Source: Eledone cirrhosa
Taxonomy: Eukaryota
Length of the DNA stretch: 64,000 nucleotides
Direction: 5' to 3'
Assembly (NCBI GenBank): GCA_964016885.1
Contig: OZ024759.1
Location: 28,148,001 to 28,212,000 of the forward strand
Below the pieces are notes generated by a model. That model worked only from the letters and a program-made list of their open reading frames with translations. It was not told the DNA's origin and made no database searches. Each line of letters begins with the position of its first letter. Positions within the stretch are counted from its first letter, which is position 1. This document shows, piece by piece, positions 43,535 to 62,511 of this stretch. The position numbers and the translations under genes are program-made.

Positions 43535-44415
43535 CACCCCTTCACCCCCTCCTGCTCTACCTCCTATTTCTGCTCTTCCTCTCTTCTCCTCTTCTTTTCC
43601 CCCCTCATTCTCCTCCTCCTCTTCCTTCTTTTCTTTCTCCTCCTGATTCTCTTCCACCTCCTCCTCTACATCGCCTTTCTCCTTTTCCTCTCTTCTCCTC
43701 CTCTTTTTTCCTCCTGTTTCTCCTTCTCCTCTTCCTTTTCTTCTTTCTCCTCCTCATTCTCTTCCACCTCCTCTTTCTCTACATCCCCTTTCTCCTCTTC
43801 CTCTCTTCTCCTCCTCTTTTTTCCTCCTGTTTCTCCTTCTCCTCTTCCTTCTTCTCCTCTTCCTTCTCTTCTTTCTCCTCCTCATTCTCTTCCACCTCCT
43901 CCTTCTCTACATCCCCTTTCTCCTCTTCCTCTCTCCTTCTCATCTGTCTTATTCCCCGCCTCCTTAGTCCCCCCCCCCTCCTCCTCCTCCTCTACCTCCT
44001 ACCTATCTCCCTTCTCCTTCTCATCTGTCTTATTCCCCGCCTCCTTAGTTCCCTCCCCCCCCCTCCTCCTACCTATCTCCCTTCTCCTTCTCATCTGCCT
44101 CCTTCCCCGCCTCCTTAGTTTCCCCTCCTCCTCCTTCCACCTCCTACCTATCTCCCTTCTCCTTCTCATCTGCCTTATTCCCCGCCTCCTTAGTTTCCCC
44201 TCCTCCTCCTTCCACCTCCTACCTATCTCCCTTCTCCTTCTCATCTGCCTTTTTCCCCGCCTCCTTAGTTTCCCCTCCTCCTCCACCTTCCACCTCCTAC
44301 CTATCTCCCTTCTCCTTCTCATCTGCCTTATTCCCCGCCTCCTTAGTTTCTCCTCCTCCTCCTCCTCCCCCCTTCATCCCCTCCTCCTCCCCTTCATCCC
44401 CTTCTCCTCCTCTTT
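43535..44415. repeat. Polypyrimidine tract containing a ~75-bp tandem repeat
   Basis: Unit CCACCTCCTACCTATCTCCCTTCTCCTTCTCATCTGCCTTATTCCCCGCCTCCTTAGTTTCCCCTCCTCCTCCTT. Confidence 0.92.
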
Positions 44416-45223
44416 ACACGACAACAGCAATGTTGTTTTATAGCCTCCATATTTTCTCATCGCCATTACCTGAGAACCAGTTTTACCTTAACAGGTAAAA
44501 TATATTAGATCAATATATAAGATCAATATCCTATAATTCTCAATGTTGCAGCAAAGGAGGTGGATATTTGATACTGGTTATCAATGAATTAATAACAGTA
44601 ACAAAAACAACAACCAAACCTGGACAATAATAGCAATGGCGACGACAGAACCTACTTAGAGAATAATAAACAAAAGAAACGAGGATAACACAGATTTTAA
44701 GAATCTTTGAACTTCTTTGAAGAGAAATTTCCATAAAGACAATATAACCTCCTTACAAGTTGAAAGTTCAGAGAGGCAGATCAAAGAGAATTGAACTTAA
44801 ACCGTTTTTATAACCTACAAAAAAGAATCAGAGAACGTTTGGTCCTATAGAAGAGAGAGACGAAAATAGATATTTCATTGAAGAAAATATACTGTAGTAA
44901 AAAATGAAGCTGAGGTTATATGAGTATGGAGAAATGAAAACAGACTCAACAATAAAACAACGACTGCTGAAAGGACAGTATACACAGTTGCACAATCTGA
45001 ACGACAGCGGCATCGTTACCTTTGTCAGCCACTTTTCTGGCAGTGCAGTTTCGCGTACCAAAGTGGGACTACACCAACGATTACATTTTGCGCAACAGAT
45101 CGAATAGTAAGGAACATTTACGGTAGAGATGAACACGTACAAAATTATAACAAAAAAAATAAACTGACAACAGACAGTGCCTATATGTGTGCAACGAGAG
45201 TCACGTCTGGAAATCTCTGTATG

Positions 45224-45268
<45 letters not shown>

Positions 45269-45505
45269 TCCTCTTCCTGCTATTTCAAGCGTTAACCTAA
45301 TATATTCCTTCCATATACTGTACCGATTGTGTTGTTATTTCTGTTTACCTGAAGAGGAGAAAAAGAAGTATGACTAGGTGGAGTAAGATGAGGGGCAACA
45401 AACACACACACACACACACACTATATATATATATAGAGAGAGAGATAGATATATAGATACATATATATATATATGTATATATATATATCTACATATATAC
45501 ATACC

Positions 45506-45545
<40 letters not shown>

Positions 45546-45552
45546 TAATATG

Positions 45553-45586
<34 letters not shown>

Positions 45587-45610
45587 ATAAATTTGAAGAC
45601 TAAAATCCAA

Positions 45611-45690
45611 ATTTCAGACACGGGTGTTTCGTCTGGAGCAAATTTTATCAGTGATAAAATTTGCCTCAGACGAAACACCCGTGTCTGAAA
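45611..45690. repeat. Fold-back palindrome built from a hammerhead 3' half
   Basis: TTCAGACACGGGTGTTTCGTCTG...TTTTATCA-G-TGATAAAA...CAGAC-GAAA-CAC cc GTG-TC-TGAA. Confidence 0.8.
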
Positions 45691-46397
45691 GAACCCGCAG
45701 AAGTAGAATCAGCCAGATCCATACAAGGACCATGACTCGAGCTACCAGCCGGCGAAACATTTGTAACACGCAATAAACTAAGTCCAGATGCATCACTGAT
45801 TTTTCGTTTTCTTTATAATATCTACACTCTACTCTGCTGAATATCGAGTGCTAATTTTGGCATACCGCCTATGAAAGCACCATAGCTACCATTATACACA
45901 ACTATATATATATTCATAATATATATACAAATATAAAGAAAGAAAGAGAGAGAGAGTAAGAGATACTATTCTGATACGACAAATCAAACTCAAAATCGCC
46001 GAAACAGTAAAAGTAAATATATTTGTTATTAATAAGTTAAGACAGTTGAAAAATATCGGAATAAAATTATGAATCAAAGCTAAGATAAAATACAAGGTGA
46101 CTAAAAAAAAGAAATGAACCCATTTTTATTTTCGTCTACAACATTTAAGCTGGATCGGTTGGAAAATGATGAGTATACACGAGTTTATATATATGTATAT
46201 ATATATATACGATATATTAACAAATGGCAACTATATTTATAACCATATTTATTTCATTATACATATTTCAAGGACACCAAGTCAAATTATGGTGCGCTTA
46301 GATAAAATATAATATAGATAAAATATAATATAGATCAGTTTTATAAATAAATATTGACATACCCTTAAATAATGCGACCATTTCTGTTGGAAGCTCC

Positions 46398-46444
<47 letters not shown>

Positions 46445-46452
46445 GTGTGTGT

Positions 46453-46615
46453 GTGAAAAGAGTCAGGACGGCTGAGCTCCTGCCGTTTCGACAGCGATAT
46501 CTAGCTGTCGAAACGGCCGTCGGGGTCCTGACTCTTTTCACATTACCCACTGTACTAGCCTAAGTATTGAGTACTCTGGTGCGTTATGGTCCACCTAGTA
46601 TCTTACCACACCTTC
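46453..46615. mobile_element. Fold-back palindrome element family (also about 6985-7045, 26175-26240, 34795-34885, 61355-61640)
   Basis: GTGAAAAGAGTCAGGAC...GCCGTTTCGACAGC gatatcta GCTGTCGAAACGGC...GTCCTGACTCTTTTCAC; shared ACCAGAGTACTCGATACTT flank. Confidence 0.7.
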
Positions 46616-46639
46616 TTTGATATATATATATTTATATTT

Positions 46640-46951
46640 TATTGGCAACATGACCCTGTCAGAGTATAACAATATATATATATAGAGATTTATATATATA
46701 TCGTTTCTGAATTTGTTTAGCAAGATTCTTTATCTGAAAACGTGTGTTGAAACCGATATTGTTATACTTTGGGAGGGTCACTGAAGAGGTCACAGAATGT
46801 GTGACGAAAGAACTTTGACAATATATGAATAATCATCTGGTTGTGGAACCAACCAACCAACCGAAAATTTATAAATTTAATTTATAATAAATTGAAGGGA
46901 AAGCAACTGGTGCGTGTGTTTCTTATTGGCAACATGAACCTCCCAAAGTAT

Positions 46952-47027
<76 letters not shown>

Positions 47028-47820
47028 ATACTCTGAGAGAGTCATGTTGCCAATAAAAACATACACACCTGTTGGATTTCACTTCAGTTTATTATAAATT
47101 TCTGATTGCTTGGTTCGAAAACCGGATGGTTGTTTATATATTGTCAAAGCTCTTTCGTCACACATTATGTGACCCCCTCAGTGACTGGGTTTGGATTTTT
47201 ATTTTGTGTCTCTGCTTTTGTTCTATTCTACACCATCTTGTTTTTGTGTTGTGTACTGTATGCTTGGTTTTCGCATGTGTTACATCCAGGTGTGTGTGTG
47301 TGTGTGTGTTTGTACTTATTTATGTGTTTATTTACTTGTTGGTTATTTGTTCTATCTGCGTATGTCTAGTTTGTTTTATTAGTTTGGTTTTTGTGTGTCT
47401 CTGTATGTCTTTATTTTGTTCTTAATTATTCTCCAGGTTTTAACGTTTTTTTTTCTTTATGTACATCTATCTCTACATACCTCTTGTCACTCCAGAGACA
47501 GTGTTTGACTAATGTATCAGAGAGTGTGACCACGGTAAGGGACGAAACTCTGTACATACATTCGACAGCTGATGATTATGAAGTTTATTATTTTATATTA
47601 TTTTATATTATCTTATATATCATATATATAAGTATGTGTGTGTGAGTGTCTGCGTGTTTATATTGAGAGAGAGATACATACATACGTATACACATATATA
47701 GGTAGAGAAACATATCGACTTGTAGACATATAACTAAAACCATACAATAACATCCATACCTGCATAGACACACACATTCATTCACACAGAGAAACATATA
47801 TATTCATCCATACATACAAA

Positions 47821-47856
<36 letters not shown>

Positions 47857-47913
47857 GCATACACACATACATATATACATATGTATATATACACACTTAC
47901 ATATATATATACA

Positions 47914-47969
<56 letters not shown>

Positions 47970-48452
47970 TATATATATAGTTATACTTTGGGAGGGTCAT
48001 GTTGCCAATAAGAAACACACGCACCTGTTGCTTTCACTTTAATTTATTATAATAAATTCATAAATTTAGGAATTTATAAATTTCCGGTTGGTTGGTTGGT
48101 TCCACAACCAGATGGTTGTTTATATATTGTCAAAGTTCTTTCGTCACACATTTTGTGACCTCTTCAGTGACTGAGGCACAAAAAACAAAGAAAAGAATCC
48201 CCAGTCACTGAAGAGGTCACAGAATATGTGACGAAAGAACTTTGACAATATATAAACAACCATCTGGTTGTGGAACCAACCAACCAACCAGCCGGAAATT
48301 TATAAATTCCTAAATTTATTATAATAAATTGAAGTGAAAGCAACTGGTACGTGTGTTTCTTATTGGCAACATGACCCTCCCAAAGTATAACAATATCGGT
48401 TTCAACACACGTTTTCAGATAAAGAATCTTGCTAAACAAATTCAGAAACGAA
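46640..48452. mobile_element. Cluster of four Penelope-like pLTR copies in alternating orientation
   Basis: Copies at about 46701-46960 (+), 47022-47400 (-), 47980-48173 (-) and 48202-48452 (+); the last two form a palindrome with ~190-bp arms; hammerheads at 46777, 47143, 48129 and 48204. Confidence 0.75.
48204..48246 (+). ncRNA. Minimal hammerhead with an extra G after A9 (siblings 46777-46819 +, 48129-48171 -, degenerate 47143-47185 -)
   Basis: GUCA-CUGAAGA-G-GUCACA gaaua UGUGAC-GAAA-GAAC-UU-UGAC. Confidence 0.72.
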
Positions 48453-49074
48453 ATATATATATATATCACACATACAAACATACACACATAGATAGATGGA
48501 TACATACATACACACATATTTTCTAGCATGTTCAACCAAGACAAAGCTCCCCGTCACGTCATTGATATCAAAGTCATTCTATCAGAGATCATACACAGAA
48601 TAATAGATTGTAAGGATCATTATGTAACTATGGTGAGCATTTCTTATATAATCGCATGTCTGTGAGAGTTAGCTAACTCTACTACATTATATTCAACCAA
48701 TTCAGACTGGCTCTTACATATTGATTTTCCTTACATAAGAGCCTAACCAAAACATTTTACTGAAAATATTTATTGTGGCTATATATATATATGGGAATTT
48801 GTTTTATTGAAGCCTTATTTTCGTAGTCCGTGGCATCGTAAATGCTAGTTTCGAGACTCCTGTGTATAAGCTTTCCTTTTTCTTTATTCAATGATTATTT
48901 TAAACCTTAGACTCTCTTCATTCACGAAATAATATATTATTGCGAAACGAAATGAAAGGAGGAATATCATATTTCATTTATGTTCTGCCATTGAAACAAA
49001 TTATCATACGAGGCCCTCCTGACTGTATATCTACAGTTATAATAATAAGAATATAGAAAACTGCGGAAATATCA

Positions 49075-49910
49075 AATGAAGAAGAAATGTAATAATGGCG
49101 TCTTAAAGAAATTAGTGATGACATATGGAAGTGAAATGTGGGCACATAACACCACCACAGAAGAGACGCTTGAAGTGGCGCAAAGTAAAATGAAGCGAGT
49201 TATGCTCGGCATCAGCTTACGTGATAGGAAGAACAACTCCTGCATCTGACAGCTGAATGGCGTGAAGGACATAATCAAGATCACCAGGATGAGCAAACAT
49301 AGATTTCAGAGCCGACAGGTGCACTATTAGAGTGACAAAGGTGACTCCAAGGCTGTGGAGAAGAACCAGAGGACAGCCAAAGGCCAGATGACCCTGTCTC
49401 TTGTCTCAGAAATAACGGGTGGGCTATTAGAGGGACAAAGGTGACACCAAGGCTGTGGAGAAGAACCAGAGGACAGCCAAAGGCAAGATGACCCTGTCTC
49501 TTGTCTCAGAAATAACGGGTGGGCTATTAGAGGGACAAAGGTGACACCAAGGCAATGGGGAAGAACCAGAGGGCAGCCAAAAGCAAGATGGCGACATCTC
49601 TTGTCTCAGAGATTGCAGGTGGACTATTAGAGTGCCAGAGTGGACGCCATGGCAGTGGACAAGAACCAAAGGACAGCAAAAGGCAAGATCACCACGTCTC
49701 TTGCTTAAGAGACAACATGTGGAGTATTAGAGTGATATAGGTGACAACAATGCAGAGAAAAAGAACCAGAGGCTGGCCGATGGTCATATGGCGCGATGAG
49801 AAGATACCTCAACTCCACATGTCCCAATATGGCCAAAGTTAGGAAACGAAACGTCGAAGGGCAACCAGGGTGGAGTTCCTACAACGGGAGTGAGAAAACC
49901 CTGAATCTTG
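49075..49910 (+). mobile_element. 3' fragment of an RTE LINE with an internal 100-bp tandem amplification
   Basis: VMTYGSEMW...LEVAQSKMKRVMLGISLRDRKNNSCI*QLNGVKDII; units start at 49324, 49424, 49524, 49624 and 49724. Confidence 0.88.
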
Positions 49911-50197
49911 GTTCTTAGATGTTGAAACAAATTGGGAAATTCCTTTTAGTGTTCGAATCTAATCCGTTTATTTCTATTTTCGTAACTGTCGACGTAGAGA
50001 TATTTCTGACATAGGAAAATCTGGTGTTTTAAACATCGTTGACTTTCACGCAACAGGTGTATAGATTCTAATCTAGTAATACTTAAACATATGATGATAT
50101 ATCCATATATGGAATTTATATAATTTCCTGCACGCACACACAAACGTATGTGCTTCCAAATAAAAGCTGCTTTATCCTTCCAACTTCATATACATGC

Positions 50198-50265
<68 letters not shown>

Positions 50266-50441
50266 AATGTATACTTATATAATACCGCTAAAATATATTT
50301 ATTATCTATAGTAAGGAAAAAGGCAATATATCCATGGATATAAATCTCGCAGTATATTCACAAATATAAAGTGGCCATAAATACATACAGAGGTTTTCTA
50401 GAACGCCTCTCACTCCCTCTCTCTCAAATTCTGTGAATATT

Positions 50442-50516
<75 letters not shown>

Positions 50517-50574
50517 AATAATAATAATGAACATAATCGAAGTTGCAGCTACACGATAGCAGGTGATCAATCGA

Positions 50575-50609
<35 letters not shown>

Positions 50610-50712
50610 AAGAGATAGAGAGAGAGAATTATTATAGAATCTCTTGCCCTGCCCCCTCAAATGATGCGCGCGGTCTCTTCCTCTCTCTTTATATATATAT
50701 GTATATATATAC

Positions 50713-50780
<68 letters not shown>

Positions 50781-50783
<3 letters not shown>

Positions 50784-51045
50784 TATATATCAGTGTATGT
50801 ATATAAGTATGAAGTAAATGCAGTCGGTGCCAACACCAGCTATTCTACAACTCAGTAATGATTACTGTTCCATTGACCATGGAGTAAAATCAATGAATTA
50901 GAAACCCCAACAGAGTAGCTTACAAAAAACCTATTGACCGTCTGTTTTTAGTCATGAAGTCTTGAAATGGACCTGGCTTTGTTGCTATCTTATCACCATT
51001 ATTGAGCAGAGCACGAACATATAGGAGAAGAGAGGAAAACATACA
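50781..51045 (+). repeat. Dispersed duplicate of 37515-37790
   Basis: See partner copy. Confidence 0.93.
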
Positions 51046-51098
51046 CATACTGCTTTATTATATGAGAAACATACACACATATCCATGCACACACAGAA

Positions 51099-51164
<66 letters not shown>

Positions 51165-51372
51165 GAGCACATATACGTTTGTATGTAACATATATATATA
51201 CACGTACAACCACATACACACTATTACAGATAGAAACACAGATTTATATATATATATATATATATATATAGTGCATGTATATACATGCAGACACGCGTGT
51301 ACAGACAATCGCGCACACACATACATAAATATCTATCTATATATATATTTATATGTATACCGATATAGATGC

Positions 51373-51449
<77 letters not shown>

Positions 51450-51674
51450 GGTATATAGCAACGGTAAAGATATATAACTAAATTTGTATGTCGAGAGCTA
51501 TATAGCAGAGTATATAATAGACAAATAGCTTTATACAGGACTGAATGTGAATGTGTAACAATGGTTGGAGGATATAAGAAAAATGTTACAGAGAGTTATA
51601 GCAGATATGCACAAACAAAGGGAGGGAATCAAACTCTAAACTCTTTACAATTGTTTCGGCTCTGTATTTTGAAG

Positions 51675-51781
51675 TGGAGGCGCATGATTTAGTGGTAAGT
51701 GTGCTGGACTTACGATCTTAATGTCGTGGGTTCGATCCCTGGGCTGGGCTGTGTTTTATGTTCTTGAGCAAAACACTTCAT
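51675..51781 (+). mobile_element. CORE-type SINE (S2), 5' part
   Basis: A-box TGATTTAGTGG, B-box GGTTCGATCCC, GTTCTTGAGCAAAACACTTCA. Confidence 0.75.
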
Positions 51782-51903
51782 ATATATTCGTAGGAAAATG
51801 GAAAAAAATGTGTGTGAGGAAGCTGTTAAAACAACAAAATGCCGTCGAAACGGCGTTGGGTAAAACGATATTCGAGTTAATACTCGATATTCGAGTTAAT
51901 TTT

Positions 51904-51982
<79 letters not shown>

Positions 51983-52034
51983 AGTGTGTGTGTGTGTTAG
52001 AACATGACCCTCGCCAAATATAACAATATCTATA

Positions 52035-53292
52035 AATCGAAACCGTATAACATTCTCAACTTTATAAATAGTTTACTCAGGCTCTCCTCTCTAGCCATTA
52101 AAAATCTTCCCCTGGGGAAAACTGAAATAGAATCTAAACCGTTTGAAGATTTTGTTTTACAGAAACTTGGCTCTGGTTTTAATATTCCACATCGCAACGA
52201 AACTATAAATGTTTATTTTTGACATGTCCGAAAATTACCATAGTTCTGTTGAAAAGAGATTTAGAAATTGCCAAGTTTGTGTTTTATCGAAAGAATATCT
52301 ATGAGTCGAAACTCTGTCGTCAGAGATATGAAGTGGTTATCTCTTCTTAATCATAGTTCACCACTAAATCCATAAAAAAACCATCGACTGGGGAAAACAA
52401 TTAAAGTAAAAAGGAAAATGTGAGTTGGCGTGAAAGAATAAGGTCTATTTTATCTCTCCTTTAATCTGACATTCATTGAGCTCTTTTCTATCTTCTGGAG
52501 AAAGAAAAAGTTAGAGAGTGTATAAAGTAATCTTTTGTTGAACTAAATCTATTGGAGGGAACTGTTATATATTATCTCAGATTCTAAACGAGGATCTCAC
52601 ATCAAACTTGATCATTGAAATGATCACTAAGATTGAAATTAAGATTTAGATCCTGTATTACCAAGACACAATCGGATTAGATAGAGCTTCAGTTACTGAA
52701 CATTGACAATATACAGGAGTCATGTATTAACGATATAACGAGAATCAGAACAGCCTAGAATCGCTAAATGATTATATAATATAACTTAACTAGAGCCATA
52801 GGATTTTGATGCAGGATTTTACGGTCACTTATTTAATTCTGGAGACATATATTGCATATGAATTTAACATCAGTGTGTTGTCTATTGATCTTTGCTATTG
52901 ACTTACACTTTTCTTTCAGAAAATATGTTAGTTGTAATGACCAACTGGAGAGATATTTTGTTGCATGTAAAGTATGGCTAATTGATTTTATTTGGCAGTT
53001 TTATTTGATGTCAGCTGAACCCTGGATTAATTTAAGTTATTGTCTGCAATAGAATTTACAACTGAAAATGGATTCTATCCAAAGACCAACAATGAATATA
53101 ACAACAACAATCACAACAATAAGGAAAAGGACAGCAACAACAGCAACAACGACAATAACAACAAGAATTGTTTCTCAATATTCTGTTGGAAGTGTTCGTT
53201 TGTCTCATTTAGATATTTAGATCTAAAGCCATGCTAGAGCACGTCATGATATAGGTAATAGTAAAACATTCATACATTCATAATTAAATATT
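52035..53292 (+). repeat. Dispersed duplicate of 24770-26058
   Basis: See partner copy. Confidence 0.95.
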
Positions 53293-53320
53293 TATATATC
53301 TATATATATATATATATATA

Positions 53321-53402
<82 letters not shown>

Positions 53403-53507
53403 GAAATATTGATTAATACGTAAATTAATTAACCATATTGTCTGATAAAAGTATAAGTTAGTCAAAGTGCTACAGGTAATCACCAGCAGAACCTAAACTC
53501 CGCTCTG

Positions 53508-53575
<68 letters not shown>

Positions 53576-53783
53576 ATTCCATTCGATTTTAAATCTGTTT
53601 GTCTCTGAAACTACAGTAGTGTACTCCTTCCACATTTGTCTGTTTACACAGTTGTTAGTTATTTAGAATCGGTAGAAATTGAAATATTCTCTCTATATTC
53701 ATTTACCATTCCAGGTCTTCCTTTTATAGCAATCGTTCCTCAGACAACTCTATGATATCCAACCATCATTATTATTATTATTG

Positions 53784-53854
<71 letters not shown>

Positions 53855-54185
53855 TCCACCATTGTGTTGAAAGATGGGTGAGAGAAGCAAGTATGGCCCG
53901 AGTGAATGGGTCTACTCTGAGTATGTGTCTCTACATTAAAGGTGGAAAACTGAGAGCGGACACTTGCCCTGGTGGTCAGGGACACTGGCCTTTTAATGGG
54001 CTTTCTTCAGAAATGTCCCTCGGAAGTCTCCCCTCTATTGGGGAATTTTTCATTGTTATTTTTTTGTTACATCCTCTGTTTTTTCTTTTTACACGCAGAA
54101 ATGCCCATTTGTACCTGTATTGTCCTGAATGTCTACTTTATGTAAACCCTTGTGGTTAATATAGAAATCATTATTATTATTATTA
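53855..54185 (+). mobile_element. 3' end of a LINE, possibly Tx1/L1-like
   Basis: VERWVREASMARVNGSTLSM, then a UTR ending CCCTTGTGGTTAATATAGAAAT(CAT/TAT)n like 4820-4940 and 33650-33830; clade assignment is from recall only. Confidence 0.45.
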
Positions 54186-54497
54186 TTATTGTTATTATTA
54201 TTATTTTTTTTCTTTTTATTATTAGTATTACTATTTTTTTACTCCTTCATTTTTGTTTCCATTTGTTTTTATTCTATTTATTATGACAATTGCTTTTGTT
54301 GTTATTGTTGTTACTACTACTTCTTCTGTTATCATTATTATTATTATTATTATCATTTGTCATTGCTACTACTGCTGTTGTTGTTGCTGTTGTTGTTGTT
54401 TTCTTTCCAGTACGTTTGGTATTGATATTCATTAGATATATTGCTACAGATACTTGCAAAACTATTTTACTGAAACGGTTGGCAAAATGTGATCGGT

Positions 54498-58700
<4,203 letters not shown>

Positions 58701-58973
58701 CATGCAGGTGTGTTTGTACACTTACACACATATAAGAATAGACATAAACTTATACACATATAAGTATAGACATACACATACACACGAAACAACAGAACTA
58801 GAAAGAAAGGGATATGGTCGATGAAGGGAATGTCAATTGAACAACGTGAAAGATTTAGAGGTTAATACAGCTTACAGAGAAGGTGAAATCGGTAGTTACG
58901 TGATTACAGAAATATAGCACTATATATATATATGTGTGTGTGTGTGTGGGTGTTTGTGTATACGATTATTTAT

Positions 58974-59020
<47 letters not shown>

Positions 59021-59082
59021 ATATATATATAACACAAACACACACACACACATATATATATATAAAACACACACATTATATA

Positions 59083-59264
59083 GTGGATTGGCAGTATTGG
59101 TAGAGGGTCGGACGCCATCTTTCGAGCATAGTTACGTCCCTTTACGGTCTGAGCTCAAATCCTGCCGAGGTTAACTTTGCCTTTCATCCTTACGAGGTCG
59201 ATAAAATAAAGTGCCAGTAATACACTGGGTAATTGCTGGCCTTGTGCCAAAAGTAGAAACAATT
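59083..59264 (+). mobile_element. S1 SINE
   Basis: Near full-length S1. Confidence 0.9.
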
Positions 59265-59360
59265 ATATATATATATATATATATTCACATATATAAAGGC
59301 TTGTTGAACACACAAGCCGAAACCTTTTGGCGCCGCCGCGGTCGGGATTATACATCTCTC

Positions 59361-59471
<111 letters not shown>

Positions 59472-59925
59472 ATATGCATACACTCACACATACTCACAAA
59501 CACATACATATGTATTTTCATATATATGCGATAAATCTTTTAGATTTTCGATCGGAGTCGTACAGAAACTCAGCCGAACTTATTGGAATCTCTGTACATA
59601 TTATTTATTGAACTATTTTCTTATCCTATATATTTCGGTCCCACGTGAGAATCATCAGAAAATATAATTTTCCATGACAACAGGATAACATGATCAATAA
59701 GGAAAGGGAAAAAATAATCTGGAAGTAAATCATTGTGTACAGAACACATGAACATAAAAAGAAAATGATAATAAACTTTAAAGTAATATTGTTTATATAA
59801 AGTATTGTAAAATATGTGGTTAGGATTGGTTTTAGAAATGACAGGTCAATGCAAGTTAGAAATACAAGAATGGAAATTAGAACAGAGTAAAGTAAAGCAA
59901 AGAAATAGACTTTAATGTATAAATA

Positions 59926-60122
59926 TTGGTTTCTGATTTAGCTTAGGTAAAAGGCCAGTAATTTGGTGGGCGGAGAATGTCGATTAAAGTATCTAAATGG
60001 GACTTAATTTTATCGACCCGGGAAGGATCAAAGGCAAAGCTTACTTCGGTGAGTTTTGAACTCAGAACGTAGCTCTATGTCATAAAGCAGGTTGTTATCT
60101 GACGCTCTAACGATTACTGCCA
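59926..60122 (-). mobile_element. Old, diverged S1-like SINE
   Basis: TTTTATCGACCCGGGAAGGATCAAAGGCAAAG...TTGAACTCAG. Confidence 0.75.
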
Positions 60123-60538
60123 GCAAAGGTTTATCTTAGCTTAATCTAGTTTTCGCTATATACATGTCGTTCCCTTTATTTCTAACACACTATGTTCGCT
60201 ATCCCAAGACAATCCTAACCACAATGAAATATGACAGTTCAAACCATACATTTCACGGAATATAAGGTGTAAATAACACTTTTACTTTATGTTCTTTTAT
60301 ATTGCGGGTTAAGGAAACACTTTAGAAAAGAAAGGAACATGGAGTGTTATTGTGATAAAGATCGGAGCACTTCTATATAAAGGGAAACAGCAAAACAGGC
60401 AAACTGATGTATTGATTTATTAGTCTTATATTAATCCCATTTTCACTTCTATATTTCTAATGTTCATACACATACACGCTTATATATATGTATATATATG
60501 TATATATATATGTATATATATGTGAGTGTATATATATA

Positions 60539-60615
<77 letters not shown>

Positions 60616-60809
60616 TAAAACATGTCCATAGAATCACGTATATGTAAAACACGTATATGTATATCTATGTATATATATATGTAAACTTTTATATAAATAT
60701 ATATATATATATGAAAACAGGGAGAAAAAGACGATTATTAGGAAGAAAAATATATTTTTTTCCCTTTTGATTTTTCTCTCTCATATGTATGTGTGTGTCT
60801 GTATTGTTC

Positions 60810-60930
60810 AATATAGAAATGGCTTCTACAGGACTAGAACTGTTTCATTCGAAGGAAATCATCAGGTCTTTCCTGATAGTTTCCTTCGAAGGAAACAGTT
60901 GTAATCGTGTAGAAGCCATTTCTATATTAA
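60810..60930. repeat. Inverted repeat with a hammerhead-like core in each arm
   Basis: Left arm on the minus strand reads GAC-CUGAUGA-UUUCCUUCGAAU-GAAA-CAGUUCUA-GUC; the right arm is degenerate. Confidence 0.6.
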
Positions 60931-60982
60931 ATATTATTTACATTTCTATGTATTGAGTACCTTACTTACTGTAGATACACGT

Positions 60983-61050
<68 letters not shown>

Positions 61051-61161
61051 CTATATTAAATTTGATGTTTACGTACCTTAATAACTGCGGTTACTCGCGA
61101 TTGACTCACACACACTCACGTAGACACACACAGACACAAACACTCACTTTTTGTCACATTG

Positions 61162-61251
61162 CCAGTCAGAAGAGCAGATTGCTAATGGAGTCGGATCCAT
61201 AACTCCTACGGGTGACTTTGAGCCAATCCTCTGCGAAACACGCGTAACAGG
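61162..61251 (+). ncRNA. Degenerate hammerhead with an extended, branched stem II
   Basis: CCAGU-CAGAAGA (U4 changed to A)-GCAGA...UCUGC-GAAA-CACGCG-UA-ACAGG. Confidence 0.45.
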
Positions 61252-61314
61252 TCGATACACGAACGCATCTTATACATGTAAACGAAACTTCCTCATTTTC
61301 TCTAATATATATGT

Positions 61315-61357
<43 letters not shown>

Positions 61358-61424
61358 AAGAGGTTCAGGACACCGACGGCTGAACTCCGGACGTTTCAAC
61401 AGGCAGATGCAAACCAAGCCATCA

Positions 61425-61472
<48 letters not shown>

Positions 61473-62015
61473 CGAAGGAATTGTGGTAAGGAACCAGATG
61501 GACCATAACGCACCAGAGTACACAATACTTAGGGTAGTAGAGTGGGTAATAGGAAAAAGGATGGCCCCCGACAGCAGAGCTCAAGCCGTTTTGACTGCAG
61601 AAATAGCCGTCGAAACGGCGTTAACTCTGCCGTCTGGCTCATACACACACACACACACACAACATTGAAACAACATTGCTACACAAACAACACTATAACA
61701 TGCCAGCACACTATATCACCAAATATCACCAAATATATAACTCGTATACAGTCTTTTTACCTCAAGTGTTACATATTTACAATATGCAAAAGGCAGAGCA
61801 GAAGAAATTCAGTATACAAATATTTCCTCAAGATTTATGGTATTGTATCACATTTTTGACAAGGTCAGTCGAGGTCTCTGTAGCAGCTATATGAAAAATC
61901 AATGGGAGTTTTCTTGTTTTTTGACATGCTTCTTGTGGTGTTGTTAACTTTACGATAAATCTATATGCATTTATACACCCCTACCACATATACACGTGAG
62001 GTGTGTGTGTGTGTA

Positions 62016-62128
<113 letters not shown>

Positions 62129-62132
62129 GCAC

Positions 62133-62176
<44 letters not shown>

Positions 62177-62280
62177 GGATATATAGCAAATGGATTACTC
62201 TGTTAATATATATATATTTATTTATATATATTTATATATATATACTTATATATATTTATATATATGTATATATATATGTA

Positions 62281-62352
<72 letters not shown>

Positions 62353-62451
62353 TCTATGTATATATATATGTATATATATATATATATATATATACATATA
62401 TCTATGTATATATATATGTATATATATATGTATATATATGTATATATACAT

Positions 62452-62511
<60 letters not shown>

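Noticed and set aside
43526-44443. 305-aa hydrophobic/Pro/Ser ORF
   Set aside because: Translation of a polypyrimidine minisatellite.
59298-59350. Hairpin plus GAAAC, similar to about 62630-62665
   Set aside because: Only a possible 3' half with no CUGANGA, and too short to assign.
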